A stretch of DNA of 64,000 nt from Candidatus Jorgensenbacteria bacterium GW2011_GWA1_48_11 (GTDB lineage: Bacteria > Patescibacteriota > Minisyncoccia > UBA6257 > GWB1-50-10): contig LCPF01000001.1 of assembly GCA_001003475.1 (NCBI GenBank), forward strand, positions 328,549 through 392,548, in the 5' to 3' direction. Shown in pieces: positions 18,339 to 28,166 of this stretch. Position 1 is the first letter of the stretch, and the number at the start of each line of letters is the position of its first letter. Both the position numbers and the translations under genes were made by a program. The notes beneath the pieces were generated by a model. It saw only the letters and a list, made by a program, of their open reading frames with translations. It was not told the DNA's origin and made no database searches.

Positions 18339-19232
18339 ATGAAAAACAGAATTCAAAAAATTCAAAAGTATTTAGAAGGAAAGAATATTAAGAACAAGCT
18401 TATTTCTAAAAATAAGTCAGATCATCTTCTTATTAATGGTGATTGTGATGAGGTAATGATGTTATTGCCCGAAAAGAGTGTCGATCTAATCATTACTGAT
18501 CCGCCGTATAATCAATCTCTAGATTACGGATTACGTTTTAATGATAATAAAAGCTGGGCGGAATATTATGCATGGTTGGAGCAAAAGCTTTCACAGATTC
18601 CAAGATTACTAAGTGATAAAGGAAGTTTCTATTTAATAAGTTATCCAGAAATTAACGCGCGAATATTACCATTTCTTGAGGATAGACTAAAGCTAAATTT
18701 CAGACGTTGGATTACTTGGCATTATCCAACAAATATTGGCCATTCATATAAAAATTTTACAAGAAGCCAACGCTCGATACTCTTTTTTACTAAGAGGGGA
18801 AAAGGATACGTTTTTAACCAAAAAGAAATCATACAACCATATAAGAATCCTACTGCTCCCGTAATTAAAGAACGCTACCGTCTGGGTTATAAAGGAAGAG
18901 CCGCTTACGATGCACTAGGTTTAGAGGATTTGATAGAGATAGATTTGCTTAAGAATAACTCTCCAGAAAGATTTCGAAATATTGATTCTAAATTTGTTTC
19001 TTTAGATAACAATAAGGAAAAGCTTAAAAAAATTGATCACCCATGCCAATTGCCGCTTAGTTTATTGGAGCTATTTATAAAAGTTAGTAGTAAATCAAAT
19101 TCTGTGATATTTGATCCTTTTGCTGGCACGTTCACCACGTCAGCCGCCGCAGCGAATTTGGGCAGAAATTCTATAGGAGTGGATTTAAATCCTAAATTTA
19201 TTAAATTTGGTGTTAAGAGATTAAAAAAATAA
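18339..19232 (+). CDS. Site-specific DNA methyltransferase, beta class (N4-C/N6-A)
   Basis: DLIITDPPY precedes HPCQLP and FDPFAGT. Confidence 0.92.
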   Translation: MKNRIQKIQKYLEGKNIKNKLISKNKSDHLLINGDCDEVMMLLPEKSVDLIITDPPYNQSLDYGLRFNDNKSWAEYYAWLEQKLSQIPRLLSDKGSFYLISYPEINARILPFLEDRLKLNFRRWITWHYPTNIGHSYKNFTRSQRSILFFTKRGKGYVFNQKEIIQPYKNPTAPVIKERYRLGYKGRAAYDALGLEDLIEIDLLKNNSPERFRNIDSKFVSLDNNKEKLKKIDHPCQLPLSLLELFIKVSSKSNSVIFDPFAGTFTTSAAAANLGRNSIGVDLNPKFIKFGVKRLKK

Positions 19233-19234
19233 AA

Positions 19235-20983
19235 ATGACTGGAGAAGAAGAATTAAAAAGTCTATTAGGATCTCTTGGTTTTAATGTTTTTGTATTTGAT
19301 GAGGGAGATGATAAAAGTGGTATTACCATACAACGCACGAAAGATCAGGAGCCTTGTGAAATAGATGCTATAGCTATACACGAAAACGTTATTATCTTAA
19401 TTAACGCTTATAGAGGTTTACGCAGTAGAAAGGCGTTTGATAAAATACCTGATTTTTTTCGACAACTAAGATATTTAGACACCCCTGATAAACTAAATCT
19501 AGTTGTTAGTAATCAGAAATTACCAGCTGGTAATAAAAATTTAAAATCCATAGGTCTTATCAAAGACCTTATACAAAAAAGTTCTTATGATTGGTTACTT
19601 ATAAAATTAGCATTTTCTCCAAACGTCCATATTCCCATCGGGAAAATTGAACTTAATAATCAGGAGATAATTTTTGATAAAAAACATAACGATTATTTTG
19701 GATATGGTATAGAAAATATAGGAGGAGAATACATGAGACAAGAATTTCTTTATTTTCTTAAGATTAAAATGCGGGAATTCAAACGTTTAAAGGGAAGTAG
19801 AGTTGGTGATGAGCCGGAGTTAACTGCAGATTTTCAAAGTATAGAAACTAAATTGAATGATAATCAGACAATGTATTCAACTAGTGTTTCTGTAAGTGAT
19901 ATTATTCCTTATATTCAGGTGTTGCGAGTTGCCGATGAATATAATGAACAGGCATTTCAACGAATGATAAATGGGGAAATTATAAAAAGAATTTCCAATG
20001 AGTATCTTAATAAAAATAAATCTTTCCCCAATAATATAATTCTTGCCTTTAATCCAGATATATATAATCATGGACGCGCTATTAATTTCGCAGGAGCTAA
20101 AAGAATAAAGTTTTATAAGGAGTTTGGTTCGCTAATCGTCATAGATGGACAACATAGATTACTTGCTCACCTTTTAGAAAAAAATAGAGATTATCTAAAA
20201 TCAGTTTTGGTAAATGTAATTTTATTTGAAACTAAAGATAGAGCTAAAGCATTTGATCAAATGGCTGAGTTGTTTTATCTCATTAATACTAAACAAAAGA
20301 AACTTACATCTCTGGTGTCGTTAAGAATACGTTCCAAAATTATTCCTTCCGATATGGAGTCAATATGGTATAGGGTTTTTGAAAAATTAAATAACATGGA
20401 TCAAAGAGACAATTATCTTTTTGAAAAAATTTCATTTGATGAAAAAGAAATACGTAAAGAGAAAAACGGGATTAATATAAGTAGTATAATATCTTATTCT
20501 GGCCTTAAAAGGATTTCTAATGGAGTAAAGAAAGGGAAAAAGAATTTAATAGGCTTAAAAGATATTTATTTACAGCAGGTCGTATTTAAGAACGAAGAGC
20601 AATTTTACGAAAATTTTGTTAGAAAATATTTCAGTATTATTGGAGAAATAATCGATAGAAATACAAAAATGGCGGCTCGTGATTTCGGTGGTTTATTAAG
20701 AATAGCAATACATTTCTTAAATGATTCTAAAACAAAAGATGTATTTAAAAACTTTGCTTTGGAAAATAATGCATTGCCTACAAAAATCGTTGAAGATATA
20801 AAAAGCTATTTTATTAGGATACCTTTTAATAAACTTGATCAATTAGAATATGGCGCTAATGCGTGGGCAATAATGGAAGGTTTTTTCCTTGGGAATATTC
20901 GAAAACATCATAGAGGATTTGGTATTTCTTCACTGTTGAGTAAAAAAGGACAGGCGGCAATGAAGAAAGGCAAAAAGTTTTAA
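19235..20983 (+). CDS. DGQHR-domain (DndB/ParB-like) protein with possible N-terminal nuclease-like domain
   Basis: FQR, FPNNIIL, VIDGQHRL, F..IN.KQK; N-terminal EIDAIA. Confidence 0.85.
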   Translation: MTGEEELKSLLGSLGFNVFVFDEGDDKSGITIQRTKDQEPCEIDAIAIHENVIILINAYRGLRSRKAFDKIPDFFRQLRYLDTPDKLNLVVSNQKLPAGNKNLKSIGLIKDLIQKSSYDWLLIKLAFSPNVHIPIGKIELNNQEIIFDKKHNDYFGYGIENIGGEYMRQEFLYFLKIKMREFKRLKGSRVGDEPELTADFQSIETKLNDNQTMYSTSVSVSDIIPYIQVLRVADEYNEQAFQRMINGEIIKRISNEYLNKNKSFPNNIILAFNPDIYNHGRAINFAGAKRIKFYKEFGSLIVIDGQHRLLAHLLEKNRDYLKSVLVNVILFETKDRAKAFDQMAELFYLINTKQKKLTSLVSLRIRSKIIPSDMESIWYRVFEKLNNMDQRDNYLFEKISFDEKEIRKEKNGINISSIISYSGLKRISNGVKKGKKNLIGLKDIYLQQVVFKNEEQFYENFVRKYFSIIGEIIDRNTKMAARDFGGLLRIAIHFLNDSKTKDVFKNFALENNALPTKIVEDIKSYFIRIPFNKLDQLEYGANAWAIMEGFFLGNIRKHHRGFGISSLLSKKGQAAMKKGKKF

Positions 20984-21075
20984 TATTATTATTGTTTCTA
21001 GCTTTAGTTATATCGAAGCCTGCGCAAAGTGCGCGGGCTTCATTATTTTATATTTTGGCGGCGGATTTGACGATT

Positions 21076-21501
21076 TTATTTTGAATAAGGAATTATATTT
21101 TCTTCCAAGAACATTCTTATTTTTGAAAGATAAAGATCTTTTTCTTTTGGTTTGCTTTCCGCGATTTCAACTGCGAATCGGTAGAGCTCGTTGTTCGAAA
21201 CCTTAAGCCACTTCCGGTTTTTGAAGAGAAAAACCAAAAGCGTCATTACCGCTAACCGCTTATTGCCGTTCTCGAACGGATGATTTTTTATCATCAAATA
21301 AAAAAGGATAGCTGCCTTCCCGGTTAATTTCCGATAAAGCGGCTTGCCGTACGTTTGGAACGGCGTTTGAATGTAGCTTTCAAGAACATTCGGGAACCTC
21401 GTGCCAAAGTCCGGTATTGGCTCATCGAAGGTCATCAATTCCTTGGCTAGCCTGAAAGCAGTATATTCAACCTCTTTTAAGTTGATTATTTTTATCTTCA
21501 T
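21076..21501 (-). CDS. Doc/Fic family toxin
   Basis: KAAILFY..IKNHPFENGNKR. Confidence 0.9.
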   Translation of the reverse strand: MKIKIINLKEVEYTAFRLAKELMTFDEPIPDFGTRFPNVLESYIQTPFQTYGKPLYRKLTGKAAILFYLMIKNHPFENGNKRLAVMTLLVFLFKNRKWLKVSNNELYRFAVEIAESKPKEKDLYLSKIRMFLEENIIPYSK

Positions 21502-21749
21502 TCCTGGCCGAGTTTTTTGAAAGCCGTTCCATATTCGGTCACGGCTCGCCGCACGGCTTTGTCTATTTCGCTTTTATTTTCTTCGCCGATCGATTTACCG
21601 AGGAGTTTCAAGACTTCTTCTTTGGGGATGACATAGTTCCGACCGATCTTGCTGGCCTTAATCTGGCCATTCACTATTTTTTTATGGATGGCTATTCGGC
21701 TGACTTTAAGCGCTTTCGCGACTTCGGCGGTGGAAAGGAAATCCGTCAT
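21498..21749 (-). CDS. Excisionase-type HTH protein, probable antitoxin
   Basis: LSTAEVAKALKVSR..KIGRNYVI; C-terminal YGTAFKKL; 4-bp overlap with toxin. Confidence 0.8.
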   Translation of the reverse strand: MTDFLSTAEVAKALKVSRIAIHKKIVNGQIKASKIGRNYVIPKEEVLKLLGKSIGEENKSEIDKAVRRAVTEYGTAFKKLGQE

Positions 21750-21750
21750 A

Positions 21751-21780
21751 TTTATAGGTTAACATATGTTAACCTATAAA
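21751..21780. promoter_or_regulatory. Perfect 30-bp palindrome, probable TA operator
   Basis: TTTATAGGTTAACAT-ATGTTAACCTATAAA abutting the antitoxin start. Confidence 0.7.
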
Positions 21781-21917
21781 TTCAAGACCGCAAGTAGATT
21801 TATGCCCTTAGAACCTGGACGACTGGCGTCGGCTTTGCCGGTTTTTTTTGGAGATTTACTTGACGAGAAGTGTAAAGAGTGCCATCCTTTTTAACAGTAC
21901 GAAAGGTGGTGATACCG

Positions 21918-22115
21918 ATGAAGGAAGAGCTGATTGGTTTGGTCCTTCTACTCGTCTACTGGGGCGTCTTCGTGGCCGTAGTGGTCTACCCGTACTTCAG
22001 ACAGCGGCGGGAGACAGAAGCGCTCCGGAGAACGGCATGCACGCTCATGGGCTTGCCGCCGGATACGAGCATTAAGGAGTTGAGGGAGATGCACCGGAAG
22101 ATGACGGAGAAGTAG
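21918..22115 (+). CDS. Small single-TM orphan protein
   Basis: TTGACG promoter, SD AAAGGTGGTG, TM helix, structured 3' region with terminator. Confidence 0.6.
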   Translation: MKEELIGLVLLLVYWGVFVAVVVYPYFRQRRETEALRRTACTLMGLPPDTSIKELREMHRKMTEK

Positions 22116-22401
22116 TATCACCATAGAACAATGGAATAGAAGCGGGATTCGTCCCCGCCCGGAGAAAGCGAAATTTCTCCCGTGAGACCCCTGCCCGGGC
22201 AATTACTCGGGTTAACCGTTAAGGGGTCTTTTTTTTCGACTAAATGGCGGCGGCTTTGCCCCCAGATCGTTATGTTTCAGTCGTCTCATTTCATCCGTCC
22301 CGCCACCCGCCTCAAAATCGCGTATATACGCGATTTTGAGGATGCATCCTTGTCTGGTTTTTATTGGCGGCGCCGTGTTTTGAAAATGATAGAATGAATT
22401 T

Positions 22402-22797
22402 ATGCAAACCTACGCGCAATTTTACGAAGCGATAAAAAAGCCGTTCTTTGCCCCGCCGGGGTGGGTTTTCGGGACGGCCTGGGGGATCATCTACCCGCTC
22501 ATCACGATCGCTTTCATCTATACCTGCGTTCTCGTGATCCGGAAAAGGGTTCCGACCAATCTCCTTTGGGTCTTGATCGCAAACCTCATTGCCAATTTTC
22601 TCTTTACGCCCATTCAACTCGGGTTCGCCGCTCTATGGCCGGCGTCTTTGGTCATTCTCTTCATTTTCGGCACGCTCGCTTTCTTCGAATACAAAATTTG
22701 GCGTCATTCGAAAGTCGTTTTCTTCCTCCTTCTGCCGTATCTTTTGTGGGGCGCCTTCGCGACGATTTTGCAGATCACGATAACTTTCATAAACTAA
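22402..22797 (+). CDS. tspO: TspO/MBR family protein
   Basis: KP..APP.WVFG.AW..IY, N.LFTPI, LLPYLLW..FA. Confidence 0.9.
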   Translation: MQTYAQFYEAIKKPFFAPPGWVFGTAWGIIYPLITIAFIYTCVLVIRKRVPTNLLWVLIANLIANFLFTPIQLGFAALWPASLVILFIFGTLAFFEYKIWRHSKVVFFLLLPYLLWGAFATILQITITFIN

Positions 22798-22847
22798 AAG
22801 CGACTCTCTGAAAAAAGAAGCCCTAGTTCTATTTTTTAATTCGAGCG

Positions 22848-22866
22848 CCTGCCTGCGCAGGCAGGA
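22848..22866. repeat. REP-like palindrome CCTGCCTGCGCAGGCAGG
   Basis: Perfect palindrome; CCTGCC end shared with other elements in the window. Confidence 0.65.
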
Positions 22867-22950
22867 ATAGAAGAATAGATGGTTTTCGAAAGTGAAACGA
22901 GCCCGTTGCTTTTGGCGCGGGGCCCGTTTGCGGTTCTGGCCGGCGAAAGG

Positions 22951-23097
22951 TCATTCGTCCTGGTCTCCCAGTTCGAGCGCGATATCGGCCAGGCGGACTT
23001 CGTCTTCGTCATCGAAACACTCCCCGACTTCGTCATCGAAACACTCTTCGCCTTCGTCGTCGAGGCATTCCTCGTTCTTTTCTCCCGGACCGAGCAC
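22951..23097 (-). CDS. 48-aa acidic peptide with three EC(L/F)DDE repeats (absent from ORF track)
   Basis: SD GGAGGTGA then GTG; MLGPGEKNEECLDDEGEECFDDEVGECFDDEDEVRLADIALELGDQDE. Confidence 0.6.
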   Translation of the reverse strand: MLGPGEKNEECLDDEGEECFDDEVGECFDDEDEVRLADIALELGDQDE

Positions 23098-23232
23098 GCG
23101 AATCACCTCCCCGGTTCTGGTTCTGCCATAATTATAGCATTTTTCCGGGTTTTTAAGCGGTTAATAATCCAGCTTTGACGGACTTTGGCCTTAGTGCTAT
23201 ATTCATTTTGGTAATTCCAACCAGGAGAGGGA

Positions 23233-23433
23233 ATGCGCTGCGATGATAAAATCGAGAGGGGCAGGACTTGCTTGCGTTGCGGCAAGTACTACTACGGCGG
23301 CAACGAGCATCTGAACTGCCCGGCTCGACGGAAACGGACCGCTTCATCGCGTTCGATCGATGACATTCTTCTTACTCCTGTTCCGCCGCGGGAACCGAAC
23401 ACGGTTGAAGGCCGGTTCGTCCTCCGGCGCTGA
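23233..23433 (+). CDS. Small Zn-finger-like orphan
   Basis: TTGACG/TATATT promoter, SD, CLRC..HLNC, terminator hairpin. Confidence 0.5.
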   Translation: MRCDDKIERGRTCLRCGKYYYGGNEHLNCPARRKRTASSRSIDDILLTPVPPREPNTVEGRFVLRR

Positions 23434-23585
23434 GTTCGCATCGCCGCCCGAGAAGCCGCCCGCTCTCCGGGCGGCTTCTCTTTAATAAATTTCTTGACAT
23501 AAAACCGTTTTTATTTTAGACTTTCAGGTAGTTCCAAGGGGTATTCCCGAAAAAAAATCCAACGGATAAGGAAAGGAGGCGGACC

Positions 23586-24479
23586 GTGAGAGACGGAAGT
23601 CTTTTCCTCGGACTCATCGGAGTACTGGGAATCTGGTTGGGCAACGGGATCGGCCTGCCTCTGGTTCAGAGGTTCAAGGGTGAATTTTCTTCCCGCCAGC
23701 TGATGATCCTGCGCGGCGCAATGACGGCAATGATCGCGATGGGAATCCTGGGCGGCAGCCTCGAGGCGCCGTCCTGGGGCGTCGTCTGGATCGGCGTTAC
23801 GTTCGCCGTCGCCTGCCTCGCTCTCTACGAAGGCATCCATGCCTGGGGAGCAAACCTCACGATCGCGGTCATTACGACGACGCCGGTCGTGAACTTCGTC
23901 GCGGCCTTGCGCGACCGCCGGCCGGTGGCCGCGGTCGAGATCGCAAGCCTCGCCGTGATGTTCTTCGGCGTCGGCCTGGTCGTTTATTACGCCGAGCGCG
24001 AGTCGCGAACCGAAGCTTGCCGTTCCGGCAAGGAAAAGCCGAAGCGGAATTTCCGCGCCGGTCTTTTCTGGAGCGGGCTCGGGGTCTTGATGAACGGCCT
24101 TTATTACGAGGCGCTCCGTTCGACCCAGGGCGTGCCGTGGCTCGAACGTTGCTTCTGGCAGGCGGTGGTGCTTTTCCTCATCGGATTCGCGATGAGCCGG
24201 CGCGCCGACTGGTCGCCGCTCTGGTCGGGCTGGCGGAAACTCTCCGCCGTCGCCACCTTTGCGCTTCTCACCGGCTTCTTCTACTTCTGGGCGAACATCG
24301 CCGCCTTCGACAATTTGTCGACGACGGTGGCGAGCGTTCTGGCTCAGGGCGAGACGCCGGCGGTGATGCTCCTGGCCTATTTCCTGGTCGGCGAGCGCCT
24401 CAATCTTGTCCAGAAGTTCGGGGTCGCCGTCGCCCTCCTTGGCGCCGGATACCTCAGTTTCGTCTATGCCGGGGCCTGA
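23586..24479 (+). CDS. DMT/EamA family transporter
   Basis: About 10 TM in two repeats, LVGERL..K..G; SD AAAGGAGG; GC-rich. Confidence 0.85.
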   Translation: MRDGSLFLGLIGVLGIWLGNGIGLPLVQRFKGEFSSRQLMILRGAMTAMIAMGILGGSLEAPSWGVVWIGVTFAVACLALYEGIHAWGANLTIAVITTTPVVNFVAALRDRRPVAAVEIASLAVMFFGVGLVVYYAERESRTEACRSGKEKPKRNFRAGLFWSGLGVLMNGLYYEALRSTQGVPWLERCFWQAVVLFLIGFAMSRRADWSPLWSGWRKLSAVATFALLTGFFYFWANIAAFDNLSTTVASVLAQGETPAVMLLAYFLVGERLNLVQKFGVAVALLGAGYLSFVYAGA

Positions 24480-24606
24480 CACGTGTCAGGCCCCATTGCT
24501 TTTAAAAAGAGAACGGGCCAGTTGATGTTATCGCAGAGCTCAGTTTGAAGCGTCGGGCATGAGGCCGGAGAAGCGGCAAGTTTCGATTTTGAGGTAGAAT
24601 GTTCGT

Positions 24607-24984
24607 ATGGATCGTGAACGATTTGAGGAATTGGTGGCAGTCGGTCTAAAACGGATACCGGCCCGGTTTCTGGAAAAATTGAAGAATGTGGCGATTATGG
24701 TGGAGGACGAGCCGACCGCAGAACAGCTCCTAAGCGTGGGGATAAGGAAAGATGGCGGCGATACGCTTCTCGGCCTTTACGAGGGCGTCTCGAATCTTGA
24801 AGGCGGCCACACCCACCGGATTTTTCCGGACCGCATCACTATTTTTCGTTTTCCGATCCTTGAGCAAGCCGGGCGCGACGAAGAAATATCGATTATCGTC
24901 GCCGATACTATCCGGCACGAGATCGCCCACCATTTCGGCATGAGCGAGGACGAAGTGGCGCGCGCCGAGCGCGGCCGCCGTTAA
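24607..24984 (+). CDS. Zincin-like metallopeptidase (DUF1025-type)
   Basis: LLGLYEG, PDRITIFR, HEIAHHFG. Confidence 0.9.
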   Translation: MDRERFEELVAVGLKRIPARFLEKLKNVAIMVEDEPTAEQLLSVGIRKDGGDTLLGLYEGVSNLEGGHTHRIFPDRITIFRFPILEQAGRDEEISIIVADTIRHEIAHHFGMSEDEVARAERGRR

Positions 24985-25050
24985 AGTGACGGCCCGAATG
25001 GTAGAATTGAAAATTTTGACCGCTATAAAAATAAGGATTAGAATTTATTT

Positions 25051-25725
25051 ATGAAAAAAAGCGTAAAGTTTTTTCTCGATACCGCTAACTTAGACGATAT
25101 TAAGGGGGGTATAACTCTGGGAGTTTTTTCGGGCGTAACAACAAATCCAGTTATTGTTTCTAAGGAAACACACAACTACAAGGATTTTCTCATCAAAATA
25201 TTGGATACGATTCCCAAAAATTGGGAGTTAAGCGCAGAAGTGAAGGCGGGGAACACAGCAGATATGGTAAAACAGGCGAAGTTGTTGGCTGTTATGGATA
25301 AGCGGATTCGCGTGAAACTGCCGACAAACGTGGAAGGTCTTAAGGCTGCAGAGCAGTTGATCGAAAAGATTCCTTTGAACATGACTGTTGTAAAGCTTCC
25401 TGCGCAAGCCATGATGTGTCAGGCGTTGGCCGCGCGACATAAACCGAAAGACATCTTACTTTCCGTATTTTGCGGCCGAATCAATCAAGCCGGCTATGAC
25501 TGGAGGCCTATCCTTGAGAAAATATCACAGGTAGATTGGCCCGGAAAAATTTTGGCCGCATCTATAAAAACTCCGTTCGATATTGCGGAAGCCGTGGCTC
25601 ATGGCGCAGAAATCGTTACGGCACCGCTTGATGTTTATCAAACATCCCTCAGTTCGAAATTAGTTCAGGAGGACGTTGATTTGTTCAATAAGCCGTTTGA
25701 CGGCAAGGATTTTGAGGTCCGGTAA
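25051..25725 (+). CDS. Transaldolase/fructose-6-phosphate aldolase family protein (divergent)
   Basis: FLDTAN, GVTTNP, VKLP Schiff-base Lys, S.F.GR, ILAASIK; NMTVVK replaces NxTLxF. Confidence 0.85.
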   Translation: MKKSVKFFLDTANLDDIKGGITLGVFSGVTTNPVIVSKETHNYKDFLIKILDTIPKNWELSAEVKAGNTADMVKQAKLLAVMDKRIRVKLPTNVEGLKAAEQLIEKIPLNMTVVKLPAQAMMCQALAARHKPKDILLSVFCGRINQAGYDWRPILEKISQVDWPGKILAASIKTPFDIAEAVAHGAEIVTAPLDVYQTSLSSKLVQEDVDLFNKPFDGKDFEVR

Positions 25726-25726
25726 A

Positions 25727-26605
25727 ATGAAATGTCTTCTGTGTAAAAACACGGAATTTGACCAAATTGCTCATTCACTCCGAGGAGGAGAGTTAATAAA
25801 TGTAAAAAAGTGTCTAAAATGCGGACACGTGCAGTTATATCCATTGCCAACCGAAAAAGAAATACAGGAGCGATACGAGACCGCGGCCGTATCAATACCG
25901 CAATCGGAAAAGAAAAGATTGAGCGATAAAGAGGTATTTTCTCTTCGAGATACTATTTATAATGCCGATCTTGTTTCTTCTCTCATCCCCAAAGGAGCAA
26001 CTGTTCTTGATTATGGATGCGGCTACGGCTTCTTTCTTAAAGAAATGAAAAAAAGGAAATATAATATAAGCGGAGTGGATATTTCTACAATCCGTACTGC
26101 CGTAGCAAAAAAAAATGCATCGAAGATAGAAATTAAACAAAATCTTACGGATCTTTCGCAAAAATCTTTTGACTGTATTACTGCTTTTCATGTTCTTGAA
26201 CATGTTCGTGATCCAATTGGTTTACTTATAACGCTGAAATCATATTTAAAACCGGGAGGCAGATTGATCATTGAGGTGCCAAACCTCGACGACCATTTGA
26301 TATCTCTCGTCCCGGAATATAAAGATTTTTATTGGAAAATAGAACATTTGTCGTACTTTAACGCGAAAACGCTAGCTTATTGTGTTCGTAAGGCCGGTCT
26401 TAAATTGCAAAAGACTTTTTACTACCAACGTTGGGATATTTTCAATTTGATGAATTGGGTATTACGGCGAGCGCCTCAACCGCCAGCCGAAGTCGTTTAT
26501 TTTGCCGAACGGCCGAAATTAATCAGCTGGTTGCAAAATCATTACAAGGAATATTTATCCAAGAATAAAACGGCGGACGCGGTTTTCATGGTGATAAAAT
26601 CGTGA
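25727..26605 (+). CDS. Class I SAM methyltransferase with N-terminal Zn ribbon
   Basis: CLLC..CLKC, VLDYGCGYG, FD.IT.FHVLEH..DP, LKPGG..IIEVPN, EHLSYF. Confidence 0.9.
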   Translation: MKCLLCKNTEFDQIAHSLRGGELINVKKCLKCGHVQLYPLPTEKEIQERYETAAVSIPQSEKKRLSDKEVFSLRDTIYNADLVSSLIPKGATVLDYGCGYGFFLKEMKKRKYNISGVDISTIRTAVAKKNASKIEIKQNLTDLSQKSFDCITAFHVLEHVRDPIGLLITLKSYLKPGGRLIIEVPNLDDHLISLVPEYKDFYWKIEHLSYFNAKTLAYCVRKAGLKLQKTFYYQRWDIFNLMNWVLRRAPQPPAEVVYFAERPKLISWLQNHYKEYLSKNKTADAVFMVIKS

Positions 26606-27213
26606 CTAACGTAAAAAAAGACTTTTATGTAGTTGGGCTATACGGAATAAATTCTGCCGGTAAGACCGCTATTTCTCGGTTGCTTATGAAAGAAATCCCC
26701 ATATGCGAAATACAATCTACCGACAATTTAATGAAATTGTTTAAGTCTTATCACAAGGATCCAAAATACGTCGGCCTTTCGAGTCGTACGGCGTGGAAGC
26801 TTATCGGCGAAGAGAACGAAACTAACATTATTGAAGGGTTTAAAATATACAGGAGTATTGTTTCGTCCGATATAGATGTTTTAATAAACCGGGTGCCGAC
26901 AGAAAATTTTACAATGATATTTGAGGGAATCCATTTTTCGCCAAAGAATAGAGAAGCGGATAAAGCCGTAAAGATAATTCCCATATTACTTACCCTTCAG
27001 GACAAAGAGGCGCATAAGAGAAGAATTATTGAAAAATGCAATGGAAGAAACGAACTAGAACAGAGGTTGCTTGACGGCATGAAAACAGCAAGATTAATTC
27101 AGGAATTCCTTATAAGAGAAGCAAAAGAAAACGGGACGATTGTTGTGGATACAAGTTTTGATATCGTAAAACAAACTCTTAATAAAATTCTTAAAATTAT
27201 CAGTGATTACTGA
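26602..27213 (+). CDS. P-loop kinase, 2-phosphoglycerate kinase-like
   Basis: GINSAGKT, STD, SS..AW, IFEGIH, H..R, IQEFL. Confidence 0.75.
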   Translation: MTNVKKDFYVVGLYGINSAGKTAISRLLMKEIPICEIQSTDNLMKLFKSYHKDPKYVGLSSRTAWKLIGEENETNIIEGFKIYRSIVSSDIDVLINRVPTENFTMIFEGIHFSPKNREADKAVKIIPILLTLQDKEAHKRRIIEKCNGRNELEQRLLDGMKTARLIQEFLIREAKENGTIVVDTSFDIVKQTLNKILKIISDY

Positions 27214-28162
27214 TCATACGCATATACTGACAAAGTGGGGAGATATAGTAACCGCAAGGGGTTTTAACGACGGTGATTTAATTTATGTAGTGCCTCTTTA
27301 TTTCCTTTCAGATAAAGGTAGCCGCACTTATAGCGGGGAAAAATACGAAAAATACGTCGATGAATTTGCAGAACGTTATCGGCATTTTCACCCGGAATTG
27401 GTTCGGTCTACGCCTTACGGCCAGCGAGTAGCGATACGGGAGGACCAGATTACGCGCGCCTTCGATCCTTTTGCAAACCCTCGGCTTATTTATGATTCTT
27501 TTGACAAAAAAATTTATCGGCGGGTTGTCGATATTCTTACTAAATTTGTCCCCAGAGAGAGCATTGGATTTATCGGGTCGAGCCTGGTCGGTTTCCAGAC
27601 GGCTGGTTCCGATTTGGATATAGTAATTCGCGGTCTAGAGAATTACCGGACCTTACGCGGCCAGTTCAAGGATTTTCTGAATGCTTTAGGGGCATGCGCC
27701 ACGATAACCAGGGAACAGTTTTATAAATCTGTTGTAAAATACGAACGGTTATTCAATGGAGTCAATAACGATTTCGCGACAATGATTAAAAACCGTTGGC
27801 CCACAATTCATATGCCAGGTGAATTGTTTTGTAAAATCCGTTTCACGTTGAATCCGGCCAATGACGTTATTTTCTCCGCACCTTCCAACCTTTCTTTAAG
27901 GGAAGGATCGGTCAATGGGAAAGTTATAGAGGACGAGGGCGTCGCTTTCATGCCCAGACATTTTCGATTACGTCTGAACGAAGGTGCAGAATACGAGACC
28001 ATTACTTACCATTGGGATTATTCTTACTGCGTAATGGTAGGCGACGAAGTGACGGTTAGAGGAGCAATTGATGAGAGCGAGAAAATTATAGTCGTTAGTG
28101 ATCGGAAGAATCACGGCATAACTTTTAAAAAACAGAATAATATTGCCTGTGCTATTGTATAA
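27203..28162 (+). CDS. Nucleotidyltransferase (Pol-beta superfamily)
   Basis: IGFIGSSLVG....SDLDIVIRG; OB-like C-terminus (GDEVTVRG). Confidence 0.75.
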   Translation: MITDHTHILTKWGDIVTARGFNDGDLIYVVPLYFLSDKGSRTYSGEKYEKYVDEFAERYRHFHPELVRSTPYGQRVAIREDQITRAFDPFANPRLIYDSFDKKIYRRVVDILTKFVPRESIGFIGSSLVGFQTAGSDLDIVIRGLENYRTLRGQFKDFLNALGACATITREQFYKSVVKYERLFNGVNNDFATMIKNRWPTIHMPGELFCKIRFTLNPANDVIFSAPSNLSLREGSVNGKVIEDEGVAFMPRHFRLRLNEGAEYETITYHWDYSYCVMVGDEVTVRGAIDESEKIIVVSDRKNHGITFKKQNNIACAIV

Positions 28163-28166
28163 ATTT

